In this document: piece after piece, positions 30,138 through 42,646 of the stretch | Position numbering within the stretch: position 1 is the stretch's first letter | Layout of the letters: every line of letters starts with the position of its first letter | Source: an uncultured delta proteobacterium | Lineage (GTDB): Bacteria; Desulfobacterota; Binatia; UBA9968 | DNA: 64,000 bases | Reading direction: 5' to 3' | Assembly: GCA_963737905.1 (NCBI GenBank) | Contig: CAVTUQ010000002.1 | Location: 96,001 to 160,000 of the forward strand | Translations under genes and position numbers: made by a program | Notes under the pieces: generated by a model | Databases searched by the model: none | Told to the model about the DNA's origin: nothing | The model's input: the letters and a program-made list of their open reading frames with translations, nothing else

Positions 30138-31443
30138 GCCGGAACTGGCCCGGAGCTTTTGCGGCTTCTACGTCGCTAAGGCCGACACGAAGATCTTTAA
30201 CAAAGCTTCGCAAGTCGTCCTCGCCCGCCAGGACGACAAGACGGTGATCACCATGGTGAACGACTTTAAAGGTGATCCGAAAGAATTTGCCGTGGTTATA
30301 CCCGTTCCGACATTGATCGAAAAAGGTCAGATCCATATCGGCGATAAGAAAATCATCGACCATCTCGACGCCTACACGTCCCCACGGCTCGTCGAGTACT
30401 ACGACGGAAATCCTTGCCGGCTTCAAGCTTTCCGCGAGCGCGCGATGGATCGAACACTTGCGGCACCTTCCTCCCTCAGCTCCTTACGGGCTACGGCCAA
30501 TGCTCTCGGCGTCACGATTCAAGCCCAATACACGGTGGGCGAATACGACATCGTGATTCTATCGGCTAAAGAAGGCCAAGGGTTGGAGGCTTGGCTCAAG
30601 CAAAATGGCTATCGGCTCCCGAAGGGCGCCTCAGAGGTGCTTGGCAGCTATATCAACCAAAAGATGCACTTCTTCGTCGCCCGAGTGAACCTCCGGGAGC
30701 AGTCCAAACTGGGCTACACCTACCTGCGACCCATTCAGGTAGCGTATGAATCGCCCAAGTTTATGCTGCCCCTCAGGCTCGGCACCTTGAACGCCGACGG
30801 CTATCAGGAACTTTTCGTCTACACATTGACCAAAAATGGCCGCGTCGAACCGACAAACTACGGCACCTTGAGATTGCCCACCGGCATGGATCTTCCCTTA
30901 TATGTCAAAGGCCGCTTCCAAGATTTCTATCGCGCGATGTTCGACCGCGCGGTCACAAGGGCGGACATGCGCGCCGTCTTTGTTGAATACGCGTGGGATA
31001 TGAACTGGTGCGATCCCTGCGTCGCTGATCCCCTATCATTTGAAGAGCTAAGAAACCTCGGCGTCTCTTGGACAAGTGAACCCACGCCGGCGGCGATGCC
31101 TCGGCCGGTTATTCCCGGTGCGCGGGATGTTTTCGTCACCCGCATGCATATTCGTTACGATGCCGAGCATTTCCCTGAAGACCTTGTGCTGCAAGAAACC
31201 GCCGATCGCGACAATTTCCAGGGCCGCTACGTGCTGCGCCATCCCTGGACCGGCAACGAAGATTGCCCGGCCACCGAAGAGTATCGGCGCCAATTGGTAC
31301 GACGCAACGAACAGGAAGCACAACAGCTCGCCGACCTCACCGGTTGGGACCTCGCCGACATCCGCACGCAAATGAACCTCCGCAGCACGATGCCCAATGG
31401 GTCCGGCAGCAAGACATGGTGGGAGAAAATCTGGGACAGGTAA
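30088..31443 (+). CDS. DUF2330 domain exported protein
   Basis: Signal peptide followed by FCGFYVAKAD, EFAVVIPVP, PRLVEYYD.NPC, EYAWD...CDPC. Confidence 0.8.
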   Translation: MKQTILFLATLLILCARPELARSFCGFYVAKADTKIFNKASQVVLARQDDKTVITMVNDFKGDPKEFAVVIPVPTLIEKGQIHIGDKKIIDHLDAYTSPRLVEYYDGNPCRLQAFRERAMDRTLAAPSSLSSLRATANALGVTIQAQYTVGEYDIVILSAKEGQGLEAWLKQNGYRLPKGASEVLGSYINQKMHFFVARVNLREQSKLGYTYLRPIQVAYESPKFMLPLRLGTLNADGYQELFVYTLTKNGRVEPTNYGTLRLPTGMDLPLYVKGRFQDFYRAMFDRAVTRADMRAVFVEYAWDMNWCDPCVADPLSFEELRNLGVSWTSEPTPAAMPRPVIPGARDVFVTRMHIRYDAEHFPEDLVLQETADRDNFQGRYVLRHPWTGNEDCPATEEYRRQLVRRNEQEAQQLADLTGWDLADIRTQMNLRSTMPNGSGSKTWWEKIWDR

Positions 31444-31552
31444 ATGCGAAATCCAAGCCCGTCGCGCTATTTCGTTAACACCACAATGACCGGGCCCGTG
31501 CCGCAAACTCGGGCTCGCTAGCCTTGTTAAACACTCGTGGCTGACGAAAGAT

Positions 31553-32077
31553 TCACGACCAGCGGTTGAGAATCAACCCGCGAATGAAACGTTGTAGCCG
31601 CTCCCTCTCACCGTTTTCAAACTGCAGGAATTCCACACCCACGCGACCCGCCCGTAGGGTGCGAATGATGACTGCTTCCACTCTGACGGGAGAGGTCTCC
31701 TCCGGCACATCCAGTCTCATCTGCAAAAGGTTTCCCTCCACGAGTTCGGTTTCGGTGTGAAACGTGCACCCCGCCATGGAAATATCCACGGCCAATCCGC
31801 GGCCCTGGAGCCCACGGGCGTCGAACGTAATCGGAAAACTCGCCGGTATACGTTCGTACTGGCGCCGGTCTTCCTCGATCCTTTTGTATTTGACACCCCA
31901 TTGAAGGAGTTGAAAACGGTGGCCGCACAGTTGGCACCTGAAGGGATATACGTAAAAGAGGCTTAATAAGCGCTCCCCGAGACCGACTCGGCTGACCCGC
32001 TTAACGTATTCTCTGGAACATCTGGGACAAAGCGGTCGTGGCACCGAATTTTTCCCTTCTTTGCCTGTAAACGCCAT
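31553..32077 (-). CDS. PilZ domain protein with N-terminal zinc ribbon
   Basis: CPRC...CQLC, then RRQYER (RxxxR) and DISMAG (DxSxxG) c-di-GMP motifs. Confidence 0.85.
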   Translation of the reverse strand: MAFTGKEGKNSVPRPLCPRCSREYVKRVSRVGLGERLLSLFYVYPFRCQLCGHRFQLLQWGVKYKRIEEDRRQYERIPASFPITFDARGLQGRGLAVDISMAGCTFHTETELVEGNLLQMRLDVPEETSPVRVEAVIIRTLRAGRVGVEFLQFENGERERLQRFIRGLILNRWS

Positions 32078-32173
32078 CGATTGGGAACAATTTTAGGTCG
32101 CAATCGACGGTCTGGCAAACCCTATCGTGAAGGGTTGGACGATGTGAAGGCCCGGCCCGATTTGGTCTGACGA

Positions 32174-32539
32174 TCACTCTCCCAGGAGCTTTTTCATCCT
32201 ATCAACGACCTCCCGGGGTTGGTTGACCGCCTCCTTGGCAATTGCTTCCAGTTGTTCGCCAAAATCGGGATCGGCCTCGAGCTTTCTTGTTTTCACATCC
32301 GCCAAGAAAGCGGGATCCGTCATCGTCTTTTGGAATCCGTCGCGCAGAGTTTTGAGCCGGTCCGCGGCAAGACCGGGTGGGGTAATAAAGGGCCGTCCCA
32401 AGTCGCCTGAGGCCAGGACGGCTGTCACCAAGGAGCGCAACGCAGGCGGTGTCTTGTACTCGTTCATCAGTTCGTGAATCGTCGGCACATCGGCCATTCT
32501 CGGATCCCGCTTGCGGCCGGTCTTCATCAGGCGCCCCAC
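32174..32539 (-). pseudogene. C-terminal fragment of a TctC/Bug family substrate-binding protein
   Basis: DVPTIHELM, GRPFITPPG, DPAFLAD; the N-terminal two thirds are absent and nth ends ~100 bp upstream. Confidence 0.7.
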
Positions 32540-32644
32540 TCACTTCCTTGGCTGGAGTCCAAGTTGGCGCGCACACTACCCGATGACCTTAATCCGTGTC
32601 AATGGTACGTGATGTTTGGCGCATGGCATCGGCGCTGACGGTGT

Positions 32645-33334
32645 TTAGACTTCATTCGACGGGCACAAGTCGTTGAGCACGCATTTATCGCAGGCTGGTT
32701 TACGCGCGTGGCACACACGGCGGCCATGAATAATCAAGCGATGAGACAAGCCGGTCCATTCTTTAGGTGGCAAGAGACGGCTTAGAGCCCGTTCGATCTT
32801 TGTCGGATCTTGTTCCGCCGTGAGACCAAGCCGTCGGGAGAGCCGTTTGCAGTGAGTGTCAACGATGATCCCAGGTATATCGAAGGCATGGCCCAGGATC
32901 ACATTAGCGGTTTTTCTTCCTACGCCCGCAAGCCGGGTTAATTCCTCCATCGTTGCCGGCACCTCGCCGCCGAATTCTTCCGCTAACTGCCGCGCGCATT
33001 CTATTAACGATTTGGCCTTGGCGCGGAAGAGACCCAGACTCCGAATGACCTGCTCGATGTCCGCCCTGGAAGCCTGTGCAAGGGCGTCGGGATCGGGATA
33101 GCGATGGAAAAGTTCCGGAGTGACTCGGTTGACCGCCTCATCCGTGCACTGGGCCGAGAGGATGACTGCGATGAGCAACTCAAAGGTATTTCGATTATGG
33201 AGCGGAACTCTAAGTTCTGGATAGGTTCGGGCCAGACGGGAGGCGATGGCAGTGGCCCTGGCGCTCTTTTGTGCAAGCGTTTCTCTGTTCCAGCGCCGGC
33301 TTCTGGTTTCTTTGCCGGAACGGGACTGAACCAA
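32645..33334 (-). CDS. nth: Endonuclease III
   Basis: ELLIAVILSAQCTD, LAGVGRKTAN HhH, VDTH, C-x6-C-x2-C-x5-C; start uncertain (TTG 33334). Confidence 0.93.
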   Translation of the reverse strand: MVQSRSGKETRSRRWNRETLAQKSARATAIASRLARTYPELRVPLHNRNTFELLIAVILSAQCTDEAVNRVTPELFHRYPDPDALAQASRADIEQVIRSLGLFRAKAKSLIECARQLAEEFGGEVPATMEELTRLAGVGRKTANVILGHAFDIPGIIVDTHCKRLSRRLGLTAEQDPTKIERALSRLLPPKEWTGLSHRLIIHGRRVCHARKPACDKCVLNDLCPSNEV

Positions 33335-33335
33335 G

Positions 33336-34679
<1,344 letters not shown>

Positions 34680-34697
34680 CTATCGGTTTTAAGCCAG

Positions 34698-35075
34698 ATG
34701 AAGTTGCCATTTCAATTGCCGCGACGCTGGACGCTCTACGTCTTGGGATTTTTCATCTTGTCGCTTTGCCTCCTTACCGCCGTCGGAGATCGAGGTGTGC
34801 TCCATCTCTGGCGGCTAAGGGGAGAAAAAACCAGGCTGGACGAAGAAAACTATCGTCTGCAAAAGGAAAACGAAGGCCTGCGCGACCGCATCTCGAAGCT
34901 TCGCAATGACAATTTCTATTTGGAAAAAATGGCCCGGGAAGAATTGAATTTGGTGCGCCCCGGGGAAATTATCTACCGCTTCCCCCCTTCGGAGGCCAAA
35001 AAAAATAGCGGAGGCGCCGTCAGCGTCGATCCTGCCGAATCGCGCCCGTCAACGGGACAAAAACAACCCCGGTAA
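34698..35075 (+). CDS. ftsB: Septum formation initiator FtsB/DivIC family
   Basis: One TM helix, coiled coil, EKMAREELNLVRPGE. Confidence 0.85.
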   Translation: MKLPFQLPRRWTLYVLGFFILSLCLLTAVGDRGVLHLWRLRGEKTRLDEENYRLQKENEGLRDRISKLRNDNFYLEKMAREELNLVRPGEIIYRFPPSEAKKNSGGAVSVDPAESRPSTGQKQPR

Positions 35076-35787
35076 GTTCCTCGACGACTTGTTGACCGTC
35101 GGATTTTGTCACCCGAATCAACTTTTGCGCCCGTTTCTCCGCCCCCAGCGGCATAATCAACCGCCCGCCTTCGCGCAGCTGACGCCACAGGGGTTCTGGA
35201 ATCTTTGGCGCTGAGGCGGTAACTAAGATGCCGTCGAAGGGGCCCTGTTCCTCCCAACCGAAAAAACCATCGCCCGCTTTGAGGTGAACGTTATCGAAGC
35301 CAAGCCGATCTAGAACGGCTTTCGCCCGCTCCCCAAGTTTGGGAATGATCTCGATGGAATAGACTTCTGCAGCAAGTTTCCCTAGCACCGCGGTTTGATA
35401 GCCCGATCCCGTGCCAATTTCCAGCACCCGTTCCGTGCCTTTCAGGCTCAATAGCTCCGTCATGAATGCAACCATATAAGGCTGTGAGATGGTTTGCCCT
35501 TCGCCGATCGACAAAGGCCGATCCTCGTAAGCCAAAGAGCGTAGTTTCTCAGGAACGAATAGTTCACGCTCGATGGAGCCCATGACCTCGAGGACACGCC
35601 TATCCCGAATTCCACGGGCTAACAGATCCCGCTCGATCATCGCGCGGCGTGCGCGGAGCAATGGGTCCTTGTTGCGCTCTACTTGAGCGGCATCGACCTG
35701 AATGAAGGTGGGAAGAAAAAAAGAAAGGAGAGCGGCCAGAACCGATGACTTACGATTTGGGTTCAAAGACAAAATGGTAGTACTCAT
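35020..35787 (-). CDS. pcm: Protein-L-isoaspartate O-methyltransferase (start uncertain)
   Basis: GQTISQPYMVA, VLEIGTGSGYQ, FVPL. Confidence 0.93.
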   Translation of the reverse strand: MSTTILSLNPNRKSSVLAALLSFFLPTFIQVDAAQVERNKDPLLRARRAMIERDLLARGIRDRRVLEVMGSIERELFVPEKLRSLAYEDRPLSIGEGQTISQPYMVAFMTELLSLKGTERVLEIGTGSGYQTAVLGKLAAEVYSIEIIPKLGERAKAVLDRLGFDNVHLKAGDGFFGWEEQGPFDGILVTASAPKIPEPLWRQLREGGRLIMPLGAEKRAQKLIRVTKSDGQQVVEELTGVVFVPLTGAIRQDRR

Positions 35788-36139
35788 CCATGTCCATGAG
35801 GGCGTCGATTTCCGCTTCATTATTCAACCGAACTTCGACGAGCCAGCCTTCATTGTAAGGATCTTCGTTGATCATCGAGGGATGTTCTTCCAAATTCGAA
35901 TTCACCGACAACACCCTGCCCGATACCGGTGCGATCAATTCGTGAACGGTCGACACCGATTCGACTTCGGCAAACGTTTCGCCTTTTTCGATGTTATCGC
36001 CCACTTCCGGGAGCTCCACCGAGATAACTCTGTCCAGCTCGCCCTGGATGTAGTTGGTAAGACCCAAGTGAACCTGCTGGTCATCGACCCCAACCCAGAC
36101 ATGCTGCTCACTTACTTTGACGACCCTCTCCATGATCAT
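35750..36139 (-). CDS. Glycine cleavage H protein-like; lipoyl lysine replaced by Ser
   Basis: VESVSTV in place of VESVK; APVSG, INEDPYNEGW. Confidence 0.85.
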   Translation of the reverse strand: MIMERVVKVSEQHVWVGVDDQQVHLGLTNYIQGELDRVISVELPEVGDNIEKGETFAEVESVSTVHELIAPVSGRVLSVNSNLEEHPSMINEDPYNEGWLVEVRLNNEAEIDALMDMDEYYHFVFEPKS

Positions 36140-36304
36140 CTCGAACCTGGTTCAATATAAAACTTGCCGGTTTTCTGTCAAGAGGAACAGTTATCCGCTA
36201 GATGGCTCTAATCTTCCTTGACAACACCAATGGATTCGCAGTATCGCTCGCGGAGAAACTTCGCGTGTGCAAATGAAAAATCGCTTCATGAGTGGACCCA
36301 AAAT

Positions 36305-36808
36305 ATGGACGCCAAACAACAGGCCGTAAGGATCGTCGCGGGACTCAAGAAGGCAGGAATCGATTTTGTCGCCACTTTGCCGGACGAAAAGATGGTGGAA
36401 GTCATTCGCACCATCGCAATTGACCCTGGACTCAAACATATCTCGCTCTGCCGCGAAGAGGAAGGCATCGGGATTTGCGCCGGCGCCTATCTCGCGGGGA
36501 AAAAAACGGCTCTGGTCATGCAGAATGCGGGTTTTTTGAACAGCTGCAATGCCCTGACGACCACGTCTCTCCAATTTCAGATCCCGACCTTGCTTCTGAT
36601 CTATTATGCCGGAGACATCGGCGACCGCGGTTTCACGACTCTAGGCTCAGTAACAGAACCGGCGCTGCAAGCCCTGGGGATTCGTTACACGATCTTGCGT
36701 AAGGTCGAAGAAATCGACGAAACTCTTTGGGGCGCGCAGATTTTGGCGGAGGACTCCAAAAAGCCTGTGGCCGTACTGCTAACCAAAAACGTTCTCGGGG
36801 TGAAATGA
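36305..36808 (+). CDS. ThDP-dependent decarboxylase alpha subunit (sulfopyruvate decarboxylase ComD-like)
   Basis: CREEEGIGICAGAYLAG, MQNAG. Confidence 0.8.
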   Translation: MDAKQQAVRIVAGLKKAGIDFVATLPDEKMVEVIRTIAIDPGLKHISLCREEEGIGICAGAYLAGKKTALVMQNAGFLNSCNALTTTSLQFQIPTLLLIYYAGDIGDRGFTTLGSVTEPALQALGIRYTILRKVEEIDETLWGAQILAEDSKKPVAVLLTKNVLGVK

Positions 36809-37407
36809 TGCAGCGTTATGATTTTCTGAAAGCCATTGCCGGGGACGCAGGGGATGCTTTGGCGGTTTGCACGGGATGGGGCGCTCGGGAATGGTGGGCG
36901 CTTAGACCCGGCGACGGCAACCTGAAAACAAGGACGCTGGGTCTGGTCTCCTCCATTGCCGCCGGGCTAGCCCTCGCTTTACCTCGCCGCAAAGTCATCG
37001 CCATTGACGGTGACGGCGCTTTTCTTATGAACCTGTGCGGCCTCCCGACCATCGCGCTGCAAAGCCCGCCGAATCTTATCCATCTGCTCTTCGATAACGA
37101 ATGCTACGAAGCCTCGGGAGGCACCCCGACGGCTTCCCATATTGCCGACGCCGTGACTCTTGCCAGAGGAGCCGGCTACAAGCATGCGGCCTGGGTGAAA
37201 ACACCGGCGGAATTCCGCAGCGAGTTTGCCCAAGCCTGGCAGCGCAATGAGCTAACCCTGCTCGCGGCCAAGGTGGATCCGGGGCAACCTGGGAATCTTC
37301 CTCCCCTGCGGCTCGACGAGATCGAAAACAAGTATCGCTTCATGCGCTATTTGGAAGAAACGGAGAAACGAGGCATTCTGAGTCCGGGCTTCGATTCGAA
37401 GCTATAG
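36805..37407 (+). CDS. ThDP-dependent decarboxylase beta subunit (ComE-like)
   Basis: DGDGAFLMN...DN ThDP motif; ATGA overlap with the alpha subunit. Confidence 0.8.
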   Translation: MMQRYDFLKAIAGDAGDALAVCTGWGAREWWALRPGDGNLKTRTLGLVSSIAAGLALALPRRKVIAIDGDGAFLMNLCGLPTIALQSPPNLIHLLFDNECYEASGGTPTASHIADAVTLARGAGYKHAAWVKTPAEFRSEFAQAWQRNELTLLAAKVDPGQPGNLPPLRLDEIENKYRFMRYLEETEKRGILSPGFDSKL

Positions 37408-37454
37408 CCAGCAAGGGTCTCCAATCTCAGCCGGGTAAATCTTTGTTCATTAAA

Positions 37455-38462
37455 TCAGCGATCCGCAATTCGCTCGGGCGCCAGCTCGGTATCGGATGTC
37501 CGTAACGTTCCCTTTTGGTCTTCTGATCGAGGGATTCGGTCGCCGCGCGGGAAGCCCAACCAGTTCCACTGTTCCGGATAACGCCGGATCGCACTCTCCA
37601 AATGACGCGTGAACAGCGCCGTCGTCGCCGCTACGCTTTTCTCGAGATCGCCGAGCCGTATGGGCGAAATCTCCGGTTCGATCAAAAGACCCAATGATCC
37701 ATCGGGCCGCCAGGTCGAAAAAATGGGTAACGTCACCGCGCCAGTACGTAGCGCCAGGGTCGCCGGACCCCGTGGCGCGGGAGCGGTTTGCCCCATGAAA
37801 TCCACCGTCACATCGCCGGATTTGAATTCGTCGGCAACGATCACGACGACTCGGTTTTCCCGCAGGGACTTCAAAATCCCCCGAACGGCATCCTTACGCG
37901 GCTTCGCTGAAATGGTTCGGATTCCAAGGCGCGCACGATAATCGTCAAGGCATCGCGCAAAATGCTCGTCCTTGGGTTGTTTAACCACGACGCTAAAGGG
38001 ATAGCCCGCCGCCCCCATCCGAGCGCCAATCATCGTAAAGGCGCCGAGATGAGCACTCAAGGCAAGAACCCCTTTACCCCTGGCGAGCGCCTGTTTGAGG
38101 TGTTCCTCGCCTTCAATGGCTATGGTCGATACGATCGTCTCCTTGGACAAATGCATGACCGCGCAGGTCTCCAGTACCCCCCGGGCGAAGTTTTTCCATG
38201 CCTTCCAGACCAAGGCTTTTCTGTCAGCGGGATTAACGATTTCATCACCCAAAGCCGTGGCAACATTCTCTTCCATCCGTTTGCGATATTTCCACAGCAG
38301 CCAGAAGGTAATCCCGGCGCCGAACGAGGTGAAACGCACAAGCCATCGATAGGGAACCCAGGGCAGGATTCCGATCAAACCGCGCAAGGCATACTCGCCA
38401 ATCCGGTACCGCACCCGGTGAAAGAAACTCCCTATCGCTGTTCCTGTTCCGCGCCGAGCCAT
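37455..38462 (-). CDS. Lipid A biosynthesis acyltransferase (LpxL/HtrB family)
   Basis: GKGVLALSAHLG, VDFMG, YPEQWNW. Confidence 0.85.
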   Translation of the reverse strand: MARRGTGTAIGSFFHRVRYRIGEYALRGLIGILPWVPYRWLVRFTSFGAGITFWLLWKYRKRMEENVATALGDEIVNPADRKALVWKAWKNFARGVLETCAVMHLSKETIVSTIAIEGEEHLKQALARGKGVLALSAHLGAFTMIGARMGAAGYPFSVVVKQPKDEHFARCLDDYRARLGIRTISAKPRKDAVRGILKSLRENRVVVIVADEFKSGDVTVDFMGQTAPAPRGPATLALRTGAVTLPIFSTWRPDGSLGLLIEPEISPIRLGDLEKSVAATTALFTRHLESAIRRYPEQWNWLGFPRGDRIPRSEDQKGTLRTSDTELAPERIADR

Positions 38463-38510
38463 AGTAAATTTATGAATATGTTTTGTCAGCTTTGCAAGTA
38501 AAAAGCCGGC

Positions 38511-38546
38511 AAATAAAAAAGGCGGTGGGGAAACGCCCACCGCCCC
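38511..38546 (-). terminator. Intrinsic terminator
   Basis: Minus strand ggcggtggg-loop-cccaccgcc followed by TTTTTTATTT, downstream of the 38574 stop. Confidence 0.8.
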
Positions 38547-38573
38547 TATACCAATTGCGATTACAGTTGGAGA

Positions 38574-39032
38574 TTACCGACTCGCAGCTCTGCGAAAGCG
38601 ATGCCGGGCCCTTCTGGCTACAGCAACGCCTCTCTTTCTTTTATCATTCCTTGGCGTCAGCTGATAAACCTTCGCCCTTGCCCGGCTCTCTAGCCGCTCG
38701 GCTTTCCACTGCGTGAGACCTTGCCGCAGATAGTCGGGGTTGAATCCTAACGTTTCGCAGACATTGGCAAATGAAAACAGCCAATCACTGTTCGTATCCT
38801 GAACCCAATCCTCGGCCTCTTGAAAAAGAATCTTGCCCTTACCCTCGCGCGCAAAGACGTACTTCTGAAAGCACGCAATGGCATCCTCCAACACCGCCAG
38901 CATGAGCTTCTTTTCCGGCTCCAAATGCAACTTTCTCCGGAAAGTGTCTAGATATTGCTCCGGCAGAAGGGTGTCAGGTTGAAACAACGAGGTGACTCTT
39001 TCCTCCATGCTCAATCCGGTTTCGTAACTCAT
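38574..39032 (-). CDS. Hypothetical protein
   Basis: Plausible ORF with GGAAGG RBS and a terminator; LFQPDTLLPEQY, PEKKLMLAVLEDAI, FSFANVCETLG; basic tail. Confidence 0.75.
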   Translation of the reverse strand: MSYETGLSMEERVTSLFQPDTLLPEQYLDTFRRKLHLEPEKKLMLAVLEDAIACFQKYVFAREGKGKILFQEAEDWVQDTNSDWLFSFANVCETLGFNPDYLRQGLTQWKAERLESRARAKVYQLTPRNDKRKRGVAVARRARHRFRRAASR

Positions 39033-39096
39033 AAAAACCACCTTCCTATTAGGTGCAGCCTCCTTCAAACTGCGATAAAAGCGTCCTCGAACCTTG

Positions 39097-39553
39097 TCAC
39101 GCGGCGCTTGAGAGCGAAGCCGAACCAAGCAAATCCCGGCAAGGCTTCTTCTTCAAGTCCGCTATCGTCGTACTTGGTAAATACTTCGGTGACTTTTCGT
39201 TGAACCTCACTCCAGACATTTACCATCGAACAACGCGGCAGTTGCTCACAACTCATGTGTTGGTCCATGCAGGCATTGACGGCAATGGGTCCCTCGAGCG
39301 CCTCGATGACCTCGTAGAACGAAATCTCTTCGGGAGAACGAGCGAGAGTATATCCGCCGCACGCACCCCGCTTGGATTTGATCAGGCCGCCGCGTATCAG
39401 ATCTTGAATAATTTTCTCCAAAAACTTCTTCGGAACCCCCTGCTGTTTGGCAATCTCGGTTATCGAGCAGCACCGCTCCGGGTCTTGCACCGAAAGATAA
39501 ATAACGGCGCGTAAACCATAGTCCACCCGGCGAGGAATCTGCATAAGGCCCAT
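39097..39553 (-). CDS. Rrf2 family Fe-S regulator (IscR-like); probable frameshift near 39178
   Basis: DYGLRA, SKRGACGGY, C-x6-C-x5-C; removing one base restores TTIADL and a TGA at 39097-39099. Confidence 0.85.
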
Positions 39554-39557
39554 AGCT

Positions 39558-40784
39558 TTACCCCCTGACCCCGATGCCGTTACCCGCCCTTGGCTTCGCC
39601 TGCTGAGACGGTCGCTGACCCGCCAGCTTTCCCAATGCAGAAAGCCCCTGTAAACGTTGGACGATCAAAGGCACCTTTTCGTTCACATAACGAACTTCTT
39701 CCGCCGTATTAAAACGGCTCAGGCTAAACCGAACCGCCCCCTGCAACCAGTCAGGAGCCACTCCCATGGCCCTGAGCACATGGGAGGGTTCCGAAGAACC
39801 CGCCGTGCAAGCAGACCCTGTCGAGGCGCAAATCCCAAATTGATCCAAAAGAACCAGGATCGATTCCCCTTCCAAATATCTAAAACTGATGTTTGAAGTA
39901 TTCGGTAATCGTTCGCTTGCTCGACCATTCACCAGGCAATCGGGACAAGAGCGAAGCAATTCCTCCTCCAGTTGATCACGCAGAACGCGAATCCGCTCAG
40001 ACTGCTTTACCAGGTTCCGCTGCGCCGATTCCGCCGCCTCCCCCATGCCCACGATGCCCGCGACATTTTCGGTTCCGGCGCGCCGGTTCTTCTCCTGGTG
40101 CCCACCGATAATGAAGGGCGGAAACGTAACCCCGCGACGAACGTACAGAGCTCCAACGCCCTTGGGCCCGTGAAACTTGTGACCCGAAATCGTCAGCAAA
40201 TCCACCGGACTGTCTTTGACTCTGAGAGGAATCTTCCCCGCCGCCTGGACGGCGTCCACATGAAACGGAATCCCTTTCGCCTTGACAATTTCGCCGATCT
40301 TGTCGATGGGGAAAAGCACCCCCGTTTCATTATTCGCAACCATAACCGACACCAACGCGGTGTCGTCGGTCAGCGCATCCTGCAGCCCCTGCAGGTCGAG
40401 CATGCCGTCATGATTTACGTGGAGGTACGTGACGCGGTATCCTCGCTTCTCGAGATGCTGGCATAGCCCCAAAACCGCAGGATGTTCCACCTGGGTGGTC
40501 ACGATGTGACGCTTATCGGGCCGAGCTTCCAGCATTCCGCGGATGGCCGCGTTATCCCCTTCGGTGCCGCAACTCGTGAAAATAATCTCGATCGGATCGG
40601 CCGCTCCGACCAACGACGCAGTTCGCGCTCGCGCTTCGCTGATTTTCTCCGCCACCTGACTACCGAAGCGATGAATGCTCGACGGATTGCCGTAAAGCTC
40701 CGTGAGAAACGGCGACATCGCCGCGACGACCTCAGGCAACGGCCGCGTGGTCGCGTTGTTATCGAAATAAACTTCAGTTCCCAT
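39558..40784 (-). CDS. nifS: Cysteine desulfurase, group I (NifS-like)
   Basis: YFDNNATT, SGHKFHGPKG, STGSACT. Confidence 0.9.
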   Translation of the reverse strand: MGTEVYFDNNATTRPLPEVVAAMSPFLTELYGNPSSIHRFGSQVAEKISEARARTASLVGAADPIEIIFTSCGTEGDNAAIRGMLEARPDKRHIVTTQVEHPAVLGLCQHLEKRGYRVTYLHVNHDGMLDLQGLQDALTDDTALVSVMVANNETGVLFPIDKIGEIVKAKGIPFHVDAVQAAGKIPLRVKDSPVDLLTISGHKFHGPKGVGALYVRRGVTFPPFIIGGHQEKNRRAGTENVAGIVGMGEAAESAQRNLVKQSERIRVLRDQLEEELLRSCPDCLVNGRASERLPNTSNISFRYLEGESILVLLDQFGICASTGSACTAGSSEPSHVLRAMGVAPDWLQGAVRFSLSRFNTAEEVRYVNEKVPLIVQRLQGLSALGKLAGQRPSQQAKPRAGNGIGVRG

Positions 40785-40815
40785 AGTCCGTGATTCCAAA
40801 ATCGCTCCTCAACGC

Positions 40816-42276
<1,461 letters not shown>

Positions 42277-42300
42277 ATCCAGATTCCCTCTTTTTGCCGC

Positions 42301-42630
42301 CTAAACCGTAAAGGAAGCGCCGCAGCCGCAGGCTTTCTTCACATTCGGATTCTGGAAGACAAATCCCGACTGCATCAGCTCTTCTTTATAATCCAGTTCA
42401 GTGCCGCTGAGATAGAGCAAGCTTTTCATGTCGACCAAGACTTTCGCCCCGTCTTTCTCGAAGACCTTGTCGCTGGCCTTGGGCAAATCGAAATCAAGCT
42501 TGTATTGTAACCCCGAGCAACCGCCACCAACGACTTTCAGGCGCAGTCCTTGGCCTTCTCTACTCTCTGCCGCAATCATCTCTTTGATTTTAGCTGCGGC
42601 CTGTTCGGTCACGCTCACCCCACCGGCCAT
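42301..42630 (-). CDS. iscA: A-type Fe-S carrier IscA/HesB
   Basis: GGGCSG, NPN, CGCGASF. Confidence 0.93.
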   Translation of the reverse strand: MAGGVSVTEQAAAKIKEMIAAESREGQGLRLKVVGGGCSGLQYKLDFDLPKASDKVFEKDGAKVLVDMKSLLYLSGTELDYKEELMQSGFVFQNPNVKKACGCGASFTV

Positions 42631-42646
42631 ACGTTCATACCTCCGA

